A stretch of 63,654 bases of DNA, the filler included, from Octopus bimaculoides (taxonomy: Eukaryota): NCBI RefSeq assembly GCF_001194135.2. It is 4 parts of 4 records of this genome, joined end to end, with 100 filler letters (N's around TTAATTAATTAA, not from the genome) between each part and the next. Parts side by side here need not be neighbours in the genome. Positions count along the whole stretch, not along the records: positions 57,712 to 63,654 come from NC_068994.1; 3 more parts are not named here. One strand, given 5' to 3'. The notes under the pieces are model-generated. The model did no database searches and was not told the origin of the DNA. It worked only from the letters and a program-made list of their open reading frames with translations. Positions within the stretch are counted from its first letter, which is position 1, and each line of letters starts with the position of its first letter. Below are positions 61,484 to 63,654 of this stretch, one piece after another. Position numbers and translations under genes: made by a program.

Positions 61484-63610
61484 ATATCGAGTTATATCAC
61501 TTCCACATTTGAGTGGTTCAGTAGCTGTTTCAGCACCCAATCATAGTGTTGTAAGAGCTGAGTCAGGCAGCTTCTTCCTGGTCGGAAACCATGTTGGGTG
61601 TCAGGCAGCAAGTCATTTTCTTCAAGGAAGGCGATTAGTTTTCTTCTGACTATTCGTTCCATGACCTTGCTGATGTGCGAGGTCAGAGAGATAGGTCTAG
61701 TTCTTGGCATCCGCTCTGCTACCTCCTTTATGAATAGGGCATATTTTACCCTCCTTCAGTTTTCTTGGGAGTTTGCCAGATGCAAGGAAGCTCTGAAAGA
61801 GGGACTGCAGCGGTCTTGCTAGGACTCATTTACATACTTTTGGAAGGATTGCTGGGAATCCATCAGGGCCAGTAGCTGAGTTAGGGTTCATTTCATCTAT
61901 AGCCCTTATTACATCGTCATCCTTTATACTGATGTAATCGATCATCATTGCCTCTGTTTTTATATCTGCAGTGGTAAAAAAGTCAGCTGGGTTGCTGACT
62001 TGAAAGTGTCCTAGGGATGGATTGAAAATATTTTTGAATTGCTCATTTAGTATTTCACTTATCCTCATTGGGTTTCCTGTGAGTGAACCATCTTTTTCAA
62101 GGAGTGGCCCTATCCTACAGTGCACTGAAGCTGTTTCTTTGGCAAACTTGTAGAAAGCCCTGGGGTTAGATTTTATATTATCTATAGCCCAGGCTTCTTT
62201 GTCTGCTCTTTCTTTTTCATGGGAGAGTTGCAGATTTTTTTCAAACTCCAGCAGTTGTACTTTCAGGCGGGACTTTTCACTGCTTTCAATTTGTTTGTTT
62301 AGGCGATTTGAAACTTTTGTACGCCGTCTCATAAGAATTTTCCTCTCCCTGGAGATTTTGTTCTTGTGTACAGTGGCCTTTTTCTCCAGGACACATTTGT
62401 AGCACATGGCTTGCATTACAGACATGAATTGTTGAAGTTTCATGTCGATGTCCAGTGAGGAGAGACATTTAGGCCAGTTTTGTTTGAGGATCTCTTTCTC
62501 AATTTGTTTCCAATTTGCCTTATGGAAGTTCAAATTGGAAAGATTCTGAGTTTCTTGTAGGCTGCATGTCCATGGTTTCCTTTGGTCCGTACATGGTCAG
62601 CTCTACCATGTTGTGATCCAAGAGTAGCGTTGGTGTCACTTTCACATTATGGATGAGATCCATATTATTTGTGAAGCAGAGATCCAGTATGTTACCTGCC
62701 CTGGTTGGTTGGAGTACTATTTGTTCCATGTACAAAGTGTTGGCGAGGTTCAGGAGGGAATTCACCTGTCCTTGTTCGTATCGCGTCATTCCTGGGAGAG
62801 AAAGGCCCTAGGGCCATCTGACATTGGGCAGATTGAAGTCTTCCATAGAAAGTACACTTATGTGTTGTTCTAATGTGACTAGAACTTCTTCTATTTTTGT
62901 AAGGCAGTCTTCAAACTTGCCTACATGATTTGGAGCATCTGGAGGGCGATATGTAGCACATATAACTACATTGAGTTGTCTTATATGTACAATTAGTGTG
63001 ACAAAAGGACCTGGGGTGTGAGGTCTTTGCGGATGTACATAGCAACTCCACCATGACTCCTTTCTTTCCTGTTGGTCCGTAATACAACATGCTGTGGTAT
63101 GTGTATTTCTGCATTTCCTATATCTGGTTTCAGGTGTGTTTCCGTAAGTGCTATGCATAAGGCTTGATTGCAAGCAACAAGGTCTCTCAAGAAAGGGATT
63201 TTTGTCCTGTTACTATGTGATAACAGTCCTCTGATGTTCAGTAAGAGCACCAATGTGATGTGTGTGTTGTTGCCAATGGTGCCCACCTGGGGTCTATTTG
63301 CTGTGGTGGTCTTGTGTATTGGAGATAGTCCCATCTGTGAGATTGTAGCCAGGTCAGCTAATGTACCATCTTTTGTGCCATGCACAAAGAATATTGTTGT
63401 TCAGCAGCTGCCCTTTCAGCAACATGTTGTTGATAGGTCTGGTTTGTAGCACGCACTACATCTGCGTACCTCCATTTTGGGGCAGGTAGTGCGTAGTCCT
63501 TTCCTTTTGGCAGGTGGTTTCTGCCCTGTTTCATGTTTATGTGGTGGGGGTCTTTGGTGTGCAAAACGACAGCCTGCACCTTCCTCTCTATGCCAGCAGA
63601 CACCTTTCAA
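61484..63610 (-). mobile_element. CR1-clade LINE: ORF1 end, AP endonuclease and start of RT, decayed and 3'-truncated
   Basis: LLLNIRGL, IALTETHL, GGVAMY, YRPP, DFNLPNVRW, PTRAGNILDLCFTN, DHNMV, NFHKANW, ATGPDGFP, RPISLTSHISKVMERI and QHGFRPGRSCLTQLL. The upstream Cys/His-rich ORF1 contains CWH..GAGCRFAH. Confidence 0.92.
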
Positions 63611-63654
63611 GAATATATATATAAACATTATATATATATATATACATATATATA

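Overview
AT-rich, microsatellite-dense animal genomic DNA with many N gaps. The SINE families resemble those I recall from octopus, so the source is probably an Octopus draft assembly (inference). Most of the window is decayed mobile elements: tRNA-derived SINEs of four families, mariner/Tc1 relics, two Penelope-like elements with hammerhead-type motifs, CR1 and restriction-like-endonuclease LINE fragments, a Kolobok-type non-autonomous element and foldback MITEs. The one clear host gene is at 40364-43385 (+): a roughly 1000-aa AF4/FMR2 (AFF/lilliputian) family super-elongation-complex scaffold with no intron in any sequenced part. One 328-N gap interrupts it and explains the frame split in the ORF track. 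It keeps the CyclinT-binding, ELL-binding (apparently doubled), AF9/ENL-binding and C-terminal homology modules. It appears to lack the extreme N-terminal helix, the SIAH degron and the Ser-rich tract, and it follows a strong 3' splice site. This fits a divergent, probably functional retrogene. Other points of interest are a mariner apparently split by a 2.5-kb inversion, several foldback structures and weak candidate exons near 6.4-7.0 kb. Three 44N-TTAATTAATTAA-44N spacers look like artificial joins. All family motifs were compared from memory; no searches were run, and repeat boundaries are approximate.
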